64,000 bases of DNA from contig CM060732.1 of the NCBI GenBank assembly GCA_030704615.1, positions 82,026,001 to 82,090,000 on the forward strand, read 5' to 3'. The position numbers and the translations under genes are program-made. Of this stretch, positions 1 through 13,252 are shown piece by piece; positions within the stretch are counted from its first letter, which is position 1; each line of letters starts with the position of its first letter. The notes under the pieces are model-generated. The model saw only the letters and a program-made list of their open reading frames with translations. It was not told where the DNA came from and made no database searches. This DNA is from Takakia lepidozioides. Taxonomy: Eukaryota; Plantae; Bryophyta.

Positions 1-34
1 GATTAATGACGATTCATCTTTGCTGATTCTGCAG

Positions 35-2200
35 TTACATAGTGCGGTGCTTGAACTCAACAGCTGAGTATTCCCATGTTCGTGACAGGTATAACATTGC
101 TTCACAGAAGGTTTAAAGGAGTATTGATTGTAAATACCGAGAGATCTGATTCTGACATATCAGTTCTTGAGTAGCTGATCAGTGACATAATTCCTTGTTC
201 ATAATCCCTTCCCGGGGCTGTTATTTCTAACTTGGGCGGTCTATGGTCACTGATCCCTTCTCTTTACTGTGGTACAGCAACTACTTTTACCGGTGCTGCT
301 TAACTGGCAAGTTCTCGAGGAATTGCTGTCCTCGATTTCTGGAAGAGGATGCTTTCAAGATCTTAAAGGTGTATATGCTATACTGAGTGAACTATTGTCT
401 GAAATTTGGGATTCCTGATGAGTAAACTAGCAGTCATAGCATTTTTACACTCTGCTAATGTATGTATGCTATTTGTGTACGCTTTGTTCTAACCAAGGGT
501 CATATGTGTGTCAATCGTGCCTTTATCGTTGGAGCCAGAGTCATAGATCTTGGACCTACACCACAGTTCTAGGAGATTGGGGCCTCCAGTGATTCAAGGG
601 TCAGCTGGGTGGCTTAGTACTCTTGTGCAGGATTCCCCTTGTAATGCTCCCAAGTTTTTGTATAAAATGGCTTTTTATCCACAGGTGGAACTGGCAAGCA
701 AGGAGCGACTGCTTATTCGCACCACCTCATTTGTTGAGGAGTTGAGAAAGCGCATGTATACCAAGGTCTATTGTACAACTTGACATCTGATTGTGGGGTT
801 TCATGCTTGAAATAATTCTATACTATCCAACATTGTCTTTGTGACCTCTTTGAATTGTATGTACATAATACAGATTGTTGCTTGGTGTAGAATTCTGGAT
901 GACCTGTGCAATAGACTGTTCGTGTCTCTTTTGAGGCTTACTTCACTTTGACACAATTTGCTTACCATCTGGCCAAGCTTGTTCAAGCTGGGCTTCTACA
1001 TTGCTAGTCAGCTGCAGAGTTGCTGTGTGTGCCTGTCAAGGCTGCTATTTGCAGTGCAGGTAACAGAAAGAGAGAAATGGCGATGCAAGAAGCAGAGGTG
1101 GTTTAGAGGAGGTGAAGTAGCAACTATGAACAGTTACTTTAACAGGAGATCTAAATGAGTTGGACTGAATTCTGGTCAATTGGTACAGGTTATTTTGATG
1201 GACCATGTTGACTGGCTTGAGCAGGATGACATCGACACACTCTGCCAAGCCTTGAAAGATCAAGTGAAGGTAAGACTGACTGGCTGATTTGGGCTCTGCA
1301 ACATGCTTGACAAAGAATTAGACATGGAAGTGAGCTAAGTGTTTGTACTACATACCATCTAGCAGTTGTGTATTTGTTGATTCTTGCTGCCAGGGCCTTG
1401 GAATAGATGGCTACTTCTACTACCAGCCTCCACATATTATTATTGCATATGTGAATTATCAGGAGGTTGTGGTTGAACTTCCATGTACAACAAGTGAGTT
1501 TGATTTCGACTAGAAGTGAATGGGTCTAGTTCATTTTGAGGAGGCTGAGGGAGTATAATTCTTAAATGCTCCAATCCACAATTCTATGCAGCCTGGAGGC
1601 CGGGTAATATGGCGCAGTGCTTCACGCCGTCCAGGGTATGCAAAATACATTGAGAAAGCTGGATTTGAAGGTGAGTGTCTGTTCTAGAATGGCAGTTGCA
1701 TTGGGCATAGAGGGGTATAATCAGTATAAAATAAGGTTTGCAGAGCTTCCCAGTGGGGATGACCTGAAATGCCTCCTAGGCATTTCGGAGCTTCTTTGGC
1801 TGATAGATGCTGGAGCAAGTCATTCAGCATGGGCCTATTGGACCACACTGGCGTCACCTAAGAAGTTGGGTGGGTGCATGTCTTTTTGACAGGAAATTGG
1901 GCGTAGCAAATGGCAGAGCTAGTGTTTCATTCTTTCATTTCATTAGTGTTTCATTTGCACTATCTGGATGAATATTATGGCATGGCACTCATATAACTAT
2001 TTAACAAGTTCTAGAATATTAGTATCTAAGTGCAGCCTACACTTACCTAGCAGTGACTAACACCTCAACTGGTTGCAGTTGTGCGGATCACAACAAGCGA
2101 GACCTATATGGATCGGGTCAACATGTATGCTAGCTTCTACCTTGGCATTCGGAAAGGTGGCCCAACCAAGGAGATCTCTTGTAATGAGCCTGAAAGCTAA
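35..2200 (+). CDS. BTA1: Betaine lipid (DGTS) synthase BTA1, 3' part (BtaA/DUF3419-like domain); gene starts before the window. Exons 35-88, 278-368, 685-765, 1189-1269, 1592-1670, 2079-2200
   Basis: Phase-consistent GT-AG exons give YIVRCLNSTAEYSHVRDSNYFYRCCLTGKF...VILMDHVDWLE...PGGRVIWRSAS...YMDRVNMYASFYLG...*, matching the recalled C-terminal motifs (MDHVDW, VIWRSAS, DRVNMYxSF) of green-algal BTA1. Confidence 0.9.
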
Positions 2201-3657
2201 CCCTACACATCGCCGCAAAAGCCAGACTGATTCTGTCCTGCCCGCAGCCAATCCACTACATTGTCATCTGGTGTGCTTGTTGAGCTACACTGGTGGGTCT
2301 ACAGATGATTTGTAAATTGTTTCACGCTGGAGTTCAGCTCCTTCAAAATGAGTTTAGCTCCCACTTTCGGAGAGCTATTTCGCAATTCATCAATTGATGA
2401 TTTGCAAACCACTCCTTCAACATCCTACATGAGTGAGGAGCATTTGGCTGTGATATTGTTGGATTGAGTTTTGATTCCTGTGTTGATTTGCCTGAATGTA
2501 GCGTACTCTCAAAGCTCCGAGATTGTGGATACTCACCAGGTTAAATCATAACATCATTTTTTGAAGGTGGCTTATTTGTAGCCACGTCCTTACACAGACG
2601 TCTGTGTGTCTGTGTGCTTGCAAACATGAGAACTGTCTTGTACTTAGCAATTTTGAAGAAATTGATTTGAGGTGCAATTGCTTCCACAGGTAGGATGTCA
2701 CTTTACACTGACCATTTGGTCCATTCAGTGCTAGAGTTATTATATAAGCCTGAGAAGAGGGGATGTTGTATATGATTTACTTTCCACTCTCCATCTTTCA
2801 TCCAGAACAGAGGCAGAATATGGAAGTCTCACATAACAGAGTGGACTGGATTGTAGCACTTAACCCTTAATTTCCCAAGCGACCTGAATCGGGTCACCCT
2901 GAATTTCCACTTCCACATAATTTCAGCGAATCTCCTCTGATGGGGCCTACTCCCGAAGCTTCTCTGACAAAGGCCTTGTCTCGAATATGATGCAAAAAGA
3001 AAAATTAAGAAAAAAAAAAAGCTACCACCTAAGAAACACCCAAGGCTTATGAGCTTATGTATTTGGCTTATGAGCTTATGGACAAGGCTTATGTCAGATT
3101 TTGGCCTTGTAAAGCGCTTGTTGACTGCTGACGTGGTGGGTAAACAGGCCCAAATTGTAAAATCAATAAAGTTAGTAAAAATTAAAAAATTTGTAAAAAC
3201 CAATTCACCTTGTCATTACATACACACATCCACCTATGGGTTTTAGAAATGTAGAGAAAAAGTTACTTCGTTTGGAGGCACATTTTCCCTTGTCAATTTT
3301 TAGATTTTAACCCGTATGTAATTACATACAAAGCAACCATAGGTGAAAAAATCTGTTGGACCTGCAATTTAGAGGGGTTTAATTAAAATAATAGAGGGGT
3401 TGTAGCCATTCCATGTGGATTTGGAAATGGTGGATCTAAGGGCAAGCAAAATTGGATAAAGCTAGGTATTGATGTGGTCAAACCAATTTCTTTCTCACTT
3501 TTTCTTTGGGACCTGATATTTGAGGTCCGGGGTAATGTTATAATCTCACAATTTCCATGGAGGACTTGGCTCATTTTTTGGCATGTCATGCAGAAATGAG
3601 CTAGGCCACTGTTAAGTTATAAGGTTGGAATCTCTCGATGATTTTTGGTAGAAATTC

Positions 3658-4621
3658 CAATGTTGGCTGGGTATAGCACTCACCCTGGTTAGTGCGTGTT
3701 AGCACCCCGGTTAGTAGATATACATAACCGCATGTAGCCCAATGGTAATGAGCACAAACCACGTTGGATGTGGTTGTGGGTTCAAACCACGGTCTGGTGT
3801 ATCATGAAGGTGTCCACCTTCCTAGCGGAAGGCAGTAGCCCTTCGGGATGAAGTGACTCCATAAGTTACGTTTCCTTCGGAGGCGTCATACTTTTTTTTT
3901 TTACATAACCGCATACAGGGCATTTTTGCAAAATAGAGCAAATAGATAACCGACGGTTGGGAGGTGAGTATGTATATGTATATGTACCCTATATTAAGGT
4001 TAGCACTACACTGTATACCCGGATTAGTAAGGCGTTTTGACCCCCTAGCGCGGTTACAGTTATGTATAAGACACATTGCTGATCACGCAGCTGCATTTCT
4101 AGCGCCGTCTCTCCATGAAGGCATTCAATGAATCAAGCTACATCAGCAGCATGCGGCGGCACCTCTCGTACGATGATTGGATCTTCTGAGCACATGGATG
4201 ATGTGGGGAGACCAGTTGTGCCGATAGCAAGAATGGTTCAAAGTTCCAGGCTCCTAGGCACTGAGGTGGTGACATAGGGTTTCTTTGTGACATAGCTCAT
4301 GGCCAAGATGATGCACCCTGGAGCCCTAGGGATGTTACGTGTGAATTGATTATTTATAAAGAAAATCATTGAGAAATATAAGTGCCCTTCAATATATTAT
4401 ATGTAACCGCCAATTGCATATATATCCGCCAATCTTAGGACACCCCTAAACGTTCTATTCATAACCGTCTAAATTTTCAGAATTTTGTAGAATAGATAAC
4501 CGGTGGATATACTAAAATAAAAATTTATCCTTATACATAGCCATGGAGTGTGTCCATCCCAAAAATATTGAAGTAACCTTAACCGGAGGATATGTAAAAA
4601 ATTTATAACCGGCCAACACTG
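3658..4621. mobile_element. Non-autonomous hAT-like element A
   Basis: Imperfect TIRs CAATGTTGGCTGGGTATA (3658-3675) and TATAACCGGCCAACACTG (4604-4621), 15/18 match, with repeated AACCG/CGGTT subterminal motifs. The TSD matches only partly (AGAAATTC vs GCCCATTC). Confidence 0.55.
3728..3901 (+). mobile_element. tRNA-derived SINE with oligo(T) tail, inserted in hAT element A
   Basis: A-box TAGCCCAATGG (3735-3745), B-box GGTTCAAACC (3779-3788), structured body, T-tail at about 3892-3902, and flanking direct repeat TACATAACCGCAT (3721-3733 and 3902-3914). Confidence 0.7.
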
Positions 4622-4629
4622 GCCCATTC

Positions 4630-5054
4630 CACTGTTGGACTGGTACCAGACGTATCACAAAGTTTTCATACCAGTCTGGTCTATATAATGGTGGATGTAT
4701 ATTTGTCCAAATACTGGTATGAGTATGAGTATCATGACCACAACACCAGCTAGTATAACGTATCTGGTATCATCCTTTATGTGTAATTCAAGATGGCTTT
4801 AGAAGTAAATATACATAAATGAAAATGTATAGGCAAATGTACACATAAATTAATATGGTACACATACCAGAGTAAATGAGGTAGACTGCGGGGGATTACT
4901 GGTATTGTCGCTGATATGAAAAAACTGAGACCAGCCTGGTCTGGTATATGACCCAGTATTCTCCCAAACGGTACCAGACTGGTCTGGTATCTAATACCAG
5001 TGCATATACCAGTACTTTATACCAGTCCTTCACCTATATACCAGTCCAACACTG
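4630..5054. mobile_element. hAT-type MITE B
   Basis: 16-bp TIRs CACTGTTGGACTGGTA / TACCAGTCCAACACTG (15/16), 8-bp TSD GCCCATTC (4622-4629) / GTCCATTC (5055-5062), and many internal CTGGTA/TACCAG motifs. Confidence 0.8.
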
Positions 5055-5382
5055 GTCCATTCGCACCAGGGGTTATTACAACCAAACATATTTGACCTTG
5101 CTAAGGTCCTATTCAGACTTAGAGATTAGATTCATGTCAAAATCTGACATGGCAGCTGATGTGGCGGCAGGGTTAAAGAGCACCCTCTATCGCTCGCCGC
5201 CGTGGCACCCTCCCTTCGAGGGGTAGGATTTTGTGATGCTGCCAGTGTTGTGCACTTTGCAGTGAGGTATGGTTCGGCTTGCTGAGCTATGCGGGCTTGA
5301 GGTATAGTTCAGCAGGTGCCTGGGCAGACTGACGGCCGTCTGCTGCTGTGAAGGGCACGGAGTTGGAGAGCTAGGGATAGGG

Positions 5383-8300
5383 ATGGCAGCATTGCTGGCC
5401 AAGTGTGTCTCCCAAACTGGAGTGAGTTCCGTTTTGGCTCAGTCTGGTAGCAGTCATGCGCCCTATAGGGCCCCCCTGCGATTGTCCAAGCTGATTCATG
5501 GCGGTGCAATGATTGTGCCAGAAATAACATGCTTACGATACAGTCATTGCCAAATGCAACGAGTTTTTCTGGTAGATCCTCTACTCCAATATGGCGCTGT
5601 GCATAGCAGTGAGGCGTCTCGCAGGCCACTCATATCTCCAAGGATTCGCCACTCGCAAGAGGTGTGGAGTTTTGCTTGGAGAAAGACTGGTCGATGTTTT
5701 GCCAGCAATGATGTCATTCCGGATGATGATGAGGTGCCAGAGGAGAATGGATTTCCATCACCGGTCAGATGAATTCCCCTGTGCATTGGTGTGAGAGAGA
5801 CAGAGAGAAAGAGTGATGTCTTTGGGGAGGGGCATGGTGGTAAGAATTGGGCTGGGTGTGATCTGTTACATTTCAAGTGTGTTGGGCTTCTCTGTCACAG
5901 TAATTGATTACCACTACGTGTTTACGCAACTAGTGCAGGATTTGAGCAATTTCGTCTGGCTGTGTATGGATGATTGTGTGGGTCAGCTGCAGAGAGGAGC
6001 AATATGTTTGCTTGGTCCAGTGCATTAAACTTGAAAGAGCTGAAAATAGACTGTAGATGCATGGACTGCTTTATATCCCTGACTTTCTCCATGTTGATTA
6101 CAGGACCCGAAGTCCACGTGGCCAATTCTACAGCGATGGAATGTGCCATGGGATGGCAAGGTGACAGCACTTGGAATGCTGGCCTGGTTGTTCAGGTATC
6201 TGGTCACTACGCCTGCATGGCAAGCAAGTTTGCATGTGCTTATCTTCCGTAGTCTGCAGCCATGTATCTCAAATGCTTTTGATGTATGATTGGTGCAGCA
6301 TTAATGTGGGGAAACCTCTATTAAGTATGCAGGGTAATAGTATAGTAGTTGGTGCAGTCAGGCTCTCTGTGCTTACAACTAAGCATAGTTTGTGGAGTAG
6401 GGCTGTTGCTACTAGAACTGATGCTGTGGAAGTACATTGCTAAGATGGATATGTTGGGGTGGGCGGTTGGGTTTCTGTGAGGGCAGCTTTGTGACAACAG
6501 GGATAGTCGTAGCAGTAGTGGGTGCAAAATTTGGGTTTGGACGGCGTCAGCTCATGGACGCTGATGCACAAGCTCTCTTCGTATTCATTTACCAGCTGTG
6601 CGTTTGTCTCTCCTACATTTGTCTTCTTCACTGGCATTTGAAATAGGTTTCAAGTCTGGTATATTAAGCATGCTGATGGTGTTGCAGCTGGAAAAACTCC
6701 TGGCACTCTGGCAGTGCTGCCCTAATTGGCAAGAGTATGCTAGAATGTTGCTTTTGAGTTCATGGGCAGTCACTTCTTGTCCCCTTTTGCAAGCTTTCCA
6801 GTAAGCCCACCAAGTGGAATATAATTGAAGTATGGGAGGAGATTATTCTCATGAAAGGAACAAAATAAGAGTTGGGGAGTGTACTGTTACATGACAATTG
6901 GCTTCCTCAGTTTGCCGAGGAGACTCAACTTGCATTAGGATGATGGCTGAAGGAGGGTTTCATTCAATATGCTCTCCTTTGAGAGTTTTGTGATTCTGCC
7001 ATAATAATTTTAGCCATTGTCTGGAGTGCAGTGTTGAAGCAATAACAATTGGATATGTCAGTGCAGAGACAGCTGCAGGTCTGGGTTCTATCAATCTTGT
7101 GCTGAAACAATACCGCCCTCTGCCAGCTGAACTCTTCTTGTTTGGTGTGTGAACCTTGCTCTTTGATCCCATTTCGGATAGGCAAATTTTGTGATGTTTA
7201 CCCTTCTTCCACTCAATTTACTTGGGCATGTCGCATCTTGGTCCACATAATAATGAATCTGGATTAGTGGCATAGTGAGCTGGTACAGGTTACAATATGT
7301 TGGGGAAACATTAAATGATCAAATGAGTAGACACACCAAAAGAGGAAGAAAACATGTGTAAAAAAAGACCACATTTTTTGCACCTCTCTTTTTGCTGACT
7401 CTTAGGTACACGTAATTTACTTTTCTCTCCAATTTAGTCTCTCTGTGTCTGTCTCCATCCCTGTACCTGTTTGTCTGTTGCTCTAGGAGTTTAGCAAACT
7501 TCAGTTCAAAACATAGAGTAGGCTACGTGTAAGTTAAGTCACCTGGGGAAGGTGGAAAGTGTACCCTATGATGGGTACAATATCCATCATGGTGCAGTTT
7601 GTGTCTTCTGAGGGAGACTCTGTTCACAAGTGTGAAAGAAACATTGGCACATGTTGAGCTCTGAGCCGCTGCAATAAAAACTACTACTCAACCCCATCAG
7701 CCTGTTGTATGCATAATGGCATGTCAATAAATCAGATTTATATTCAACGAATTTCTTGGATGTTAATTTAACTTCCACAAACGAAGTGCTGGACTTGTAT
7801 ATTCTATGTACAGGCATGTCACAATTATCCATAGGCTCCTCTCCTCTGGGCAGGGCCCAATGTATTACTCTTTAGTTTGTTTCAAGGGACAGTTAGAAGC
7901 TGTGATCGTTCTTGAGTTTCACATCTGGAGCTGGTTTTCAGTTCAATATCATGCCACTTTGAAGTGCTTCATTTTGGACGGCCGAAAGGCCCCTATTTCC
8001 CAAGGCACAAGATCAAAAACTATCTGTATGATAATGGTTGCCATATCTCTCCCCTCCCCTCCTGCCCCTTCGCTGCTCTTCCTCTGTTTGTGCCTTTCCT
8101 ATGGAGTCTTTCCATCTCCTTACAGATGTATTTCAACATCATCTGTTATTTTGATGGATGTGGAATCAGACTGGAGTTCACCTTTTGATTTTCGCCGGGG
8201 ATGGTTGATCTACGGAGCAGCGGGTGTACCGGTTGCAGCAGGAGCTGTTCTCTTAGCTAGCAGTTTGACCACCTTAGTATCCGGTGAACCAGCACCACGC

Positions 8301-10500
8301 GAGGTCTTTTTCCTCACACTGTTTGTTTAAACTTTTGGTTTGTGCACATGAGGATTCATCTTGAAAACTGCTTGTGCTCCACTCTTCCTTGCTGCTTTCC
8401 TTAATGCCTTCTAGTTCTGAATGGCAGCTTCTGCTTCTGGTAGATCAAAAGCAGCTTGATTATTTTCTTCTGGACGGGAAATAAAAGACGTATAAATACA
8501 GGAAATGAGGGAATGCCAACCATATCTGCTTTTGCGCTATCAAAATCTCACGGAAATTATGAGAACCTACACAGATTGCTACAGTAATAATAATAGGAAC
8601 GATAGAAATTATGTGCATGACATGCTGTATCTTATATTTGTTTGGACATCTCTGGATGATGCTGTAGTTGTCCGCCGTCTCAAAATTTCATGTATCTATA
8701 TGTTCCTCAGTCACAATGGCTTTCTGGTTGATTGAGTTGCACTCTAGTTGTTCTTTGAGAAAATGTCAGTAGCTGTCTTCATCTGTGACCACAATGGTGT
8801 AGCTATAGTTGAACAACAGCTTAAACTAGACTTTGAGGTATGAAACCGGTGCTGTGTGGTGAGTGCAGGAATCAGATGCCTTGCAACAGCTGCTACCTAT
8901 CATTGGCACCTCTCCTGCCAGGTTCCACAATACTGTTATATAAAGCACATAATGGGGGGACTGAACTTGTTGATCTGTCAGTTGTAGTTAGCATTGACAG
9001 TTGGGTTACCTCCTGGCATCAGCAATGCTCTGTAAATTCGCATCTTTTTGCATGTTTGGTTTGTAACTCCATGAGAGCAATCGATTTCAGCTGCTATTTT
9101 TGGCCTCTCAAGTTGCAGTTGCAGGAGGGGATGATTAGCACTAGTTTACTGTGTTCTAAGCTTATGGGACATGGGTTATGGGACAGCACTGCGTCATTAA
9201 TAGTTGTCACAGGGGTGCTGGCCCCACTTCTTGAGGAGACTGTTTTTCGTGGTTTCTTGATGACCTCTCTCACTAAATGGTATCTCCTCTCCTCTTCCCA
9301 TCTCTCTGTATATCCTTATGTTGACGATAACGTCCAACTTCTTATACAGTACAGTGTGTAGTGTTTTGGAGAAGAGAGCCTCTCTCATCTAAGAAAGACT
9401 GTTATGGCACCTGGTATTCCCTGTCTGGAGAGTCCCGAGTCTTTACCCAATGCCCTCTGCTTGGGTCTGAGTTGGGTTAATTATGAAATGAATAGGTAAC
9501 TACATTAAATGCAGCTTTGAAGTTCATCCAGAAACAAGGGACCTTAATGAATAGAATGTACTCATAAGACGTAGTTTGAATGAATAGAGTTCCATGGAAA
9601 GCCATCTCTTTCGAAATTTGACCCTCAATCAAGACTCCAGAATGGCCACAGCTGTGATATCGTTCCGCATTACCACGGGAGTTCCGCGTGGTTAGCTGCA
9701 GGTCCAGTTTCACCTTTTCCGGTCTCTCCTACCACGCCAGACTGTTCTGCTCCATCCCAACTCAGTGCAGGGTCAGTGACTATGACAACACAGACTAATG
9801 AGATTACTCTCTTGACCTCCTGGAATGAAATTTTTCTGGTTGTGCAACTGTAATCCTTGGAGACTGAAATGACAGGATTCCGACACCTGTTGCAGTGCTG
9901 GTGAGTGCTGGTGCTTTTGCTGAAGCTCATTTGACACCAGGCGAATTCCCTCAACTTCTGGCTCTTGGTAATCCTCTTCTGCCTGCCGGCTCCCTTTATC
10001 TCATTCGCTAATCGTAAGTAGAGGGACACTCTTTCTTTGCCAGAAACTATCTTTTGGCACACAGAAGCATGTGAATTGACCTTCTTGTGGCTCTCATCAC
10101 ATTTTTATTTATAGGATGACAGTTTACTGATGAGCTTTAGTGATATGCGATGCAGGGGTGGTGCTGGGGTTGTCATATGCGCAGACCCGCAATTTGCTCA
10201 CACCAATACTAATACATGCTGTCTGGAATTCAGGGGTGGTTGTTTTGTTGACATTACTAAGGGTAAGAAACACAGTCTAACTCCATTATTCTAGATAAGA
10301 TATTGCGCGCATATTTGATTACAGTTTTGTTCCTTGTGCCATCTGTCCCATATATATTGCATCAGGTTGTCGTTGAAAATGTCAAATCTCATGAGTGTTA
10401 CTAGATTGCTTTGAGGTCTTTGCTCTGCTCAACACTTTTGAGTTGAACGACTGTTTTTGTGGTGCAGCTTCAAGGCTATGATATACAGGAGCTTATTTGA
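5383..10500 (+). CDS. CPBP family (CAAX amino-terminal protease / Abi) intramembrane metalloprotease, probably plastid-targeted. Exons 5383-5763, 6104-6195, 6487-6597, 7062-7144, 8170-8303, 8869-8921, 9187-9279, 9876-9967, 10156-10262, 10468-10500
   Basis: All ten exons are phase-consistent. CPBP motifs EETVFRG, FAEAH and HAVWN are present, plus WPILQRWNVPW and LTPGEFPQL. The Ser/Ala/Arg-rich N-terminus suggests a transit peptide (inference). Confidence 0.9.
9556..9578 (-). mobile_element. 23-bp extreme 3' end of the microsatellite-associated LINE family, intronic
   Basis: ATGTACTCATAAGACGTAGTTTG matches the 3' end of the 33.1-kb LINE and is flanked by a 10-bp TSD AATGAATAGA (9546-9555, 9579-9588). 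Confidence 0.75.
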
Positions 10501-12104
10501 AGTCAATAAAAGTGGCCACTCAGAACATTGGCTGAACCTGGGCTTTCAATCAGATCGATGGTTCACACCGGCAGCATCAGTTTGCAACATGGTCAGCAAA
10601 AGTGGCTGGACAGTAGTTTCAGTCCTCGAATCGTGACTCAGTAATTCGAGGAAGAAAGCAATTCACCAGTCCTTGTTTGTTACACAGGCATAATGAGAGC
10701 GTGCCCTGGCTGGGCTGGTATTTTAATAGCTTCATTCCTATTTTCCCAGCTGTTTCAAGAAGGTTAGCTGGACCACAATGGTTATGTTAGTGCAACTTTT
10801 AATGGAGTTGAAAAGGGAGAAGGATACAGGACTGACTGTGTAATTGGCTGCATCCTTGGTTTTTCATGCATGTTGCAAAGTGGATTCAGAGCTGTTCATT
10901 CAAACATCCGAATATTAACCCTTCGGGGTGGTTGGAAAATGGCCTTGGAAGACCCCCTTGTAGTTTTGGTACCATATCTCCATATTGAACCAAGCCTGTC
11001 CACTGCAGGGTTGGATACCCACCTTTCCTGCCTTATCCAATGTAAAATTAAAACCAAAAAAGTCCACCATTGGATCTTTGAGATTATAAAGTTTGTTCTT
11101 GGGCCGATGATGTACTCAATGGAGCTTGTCTTCCTCAAATTTTGTATGGCAAGACGAATCATGGAATTTCTTTTCGAATGGAAAAGAAAAGTGAGAAGAA
11201 ACTCCCAAACTCTCCCTGCATAATTGAGTGAGTGAAGCATATCTCTACAAATTTCCAGCTGAAAAGAAGTAGATTTGATGGGACCTTCTTTGTAGAAAAT
11301 GGGAATGGGTAAGTGAGCTATAAACAATTTTGCTGGCTACTCATATTTTGCCATGCAATAGCCACCTTTGCTAAAAGCTGCCTGGTTGTGGCAACCAACT
11401 ATGGCACAACTGCCAAACTTTCGTACCATCTCTATAAGCCAGAATACAAATTTTTGTAAAGGTATGATCTTCGTAGATCTATGTCAGTTCTCCAATGTCA
11501 GTGTTCCATGTCAAGTCCATGCATTCCTAAGTGGCATACGAGTATACAGAAATCTGGATGTGTGAGACCCTGTCCCAAGGTTGAAACTTGAAACACACAC
11601 AAGGAGTCCAAAGTGAGCAGCCTCTAACATCCTATTTTTTGTGGGAATGGGGCCATGGGCTCCCTGGCAATAAGTTTACAGCTAATGTCATATTTGCATC
11701 TGCACATGAGGAAATTAGTCTATTCTAGCCCTGGACTGTCGGCGATGTATGCCTCCACTAACAGAACCCCACCATGTCAAGGCGCAGAAATGTACCGACC
11801 AGACGTACTTTGTGAACAGCTACAAACATTTAGACCTCCCAAGGTGTCCAAAACTACATTCAGCTGTGGCAGTACTCAACTGCTTGTCTCTTCTCTTTGT
11901 TTTGACTCTTGCAGTTATAATATGGAAAAAGTTCTGGCAGAAATTTAAAAAATTGAAGCTTTTTAATTCACATATGATACAGAGCACTGTAATCAATTCT
12001 GACCTCACGAAAAGCCAAAAAGACTGTCTAAATTAGGATACATGCAGGTGGAAACTGAATTCTTCAGACACCTTGGCAACGTACTACATTCTCCACTAAG
12101 CTGC

Positions 12105-13217
12105 CTACTTGCTGCCCTGTGCTTTTTCCTCCTTCATTTTTTTCAGAATTTCATGAGCCGTGTTGAACACTCCATTCGTGGGCTTGTTGCATACGTAGCA
12201 GTTCTTGTTCTTTGAGTGATGCTGCGTGCATACAAATCTATATCAGTGACAGACAACCAATCAATAGAAAGAAAGAAAGAAAGAAATGTATTTGCTGAGA
12301 GAGCCAAAACTTAATAACATCCACAGAGCTTGGAGCTGAAAGCAGAAGAGAGAATGTTTGTTTGCCATAGCCTTGTGGCCATAGACCCCGCTCCCAACTT
12401 GGGTGGAACTAGAAGAGAGAGAGAGAGAATGTACTCATAAGATGGTGTTAGCCATAGATTTGTGGCCATAGACCCCGCGCTCACTTTGGGCGGAACAAGA
12501 GGGAACAGACACAACCTTTGCGAGGGGCTCACCCCGGTAGTGGGACCCACATTGATATAAACCATTGGATCGGGCTTTTCATATATCCTCTAGAAAGCCC
12601 TTCACACAAGCATCAATCTGCTGTGTGTGACCTGCCCAGCAATTAGACCCAACTGGGCCCGGGCTTTAGGCTCAGCCTCGAGATTTTCGAAGTTGGTGAA
12701 CAGAGGTGCAGGAACCATGTTCTTGATGTTCCTCAAGAGGGTCAATCTCTGGTGAGAATACCTCAGACAACATCTCAGAAAATGGATTTTGTCTTCAGTT
12801 GCCGGCACATGGGCAAGTACAATGTCCTTTTCCAACATCTGTTTTTAGTTCAGAGGTAGCTCCCCGCCCTGTGTTTAAATTTCAGTCTAGTGCAGAGGGT
12901 AGGTAAACCCTTCAGATCATCTTTTCAGGTCCTTGCCCATGTCACAGATGGGAAACAAGTTCAGAGAAGTTTATGCCTAACTTTATTTTCATCAGACATT
13001 CTTTGAGCATCAAACATGGCTTTGGACACAACCCCCTCCAGGTCAGCTTCCTCCAGTAGGGTCCATTCTTCTGGACTCATATTCAGATTGAGCATCTCTT
13101 GTACCCTTTCTGCCAAGACTCAGACTGTTTGACAGGGCGGTCTTGCTTCCAAGAATTAGCTTCGATTAGCTTAGGGTAACTGGTATTAGGCATGCCATTC
13201 CACTGACCCCACCGTCT

Positions 13218-13252
<35 letters not shown>

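Noticed and set aside
1060-1110. Extra AG/GT-bounded exon within BTA1
   Set aside because: The flanking exons join directly into the conserved YTK-VILMDH sequence, so it is not needed.
3728-3800. Functional tRNA gene or tRNA-snoRNA dicistron
   Set aside because: No proper acceptor stem and no C/D boxes; the flanking direct repeat and T-tail fit a SINE better.
9630-9790. GC-rich intronic hairpin (ACCACGGGAGTTCCGCGTGGT) as a ribozyme or snoRNA
   Set aside because: No hammerhead, twister or HDV core and no C/D or H/ACA box arrangement was found.
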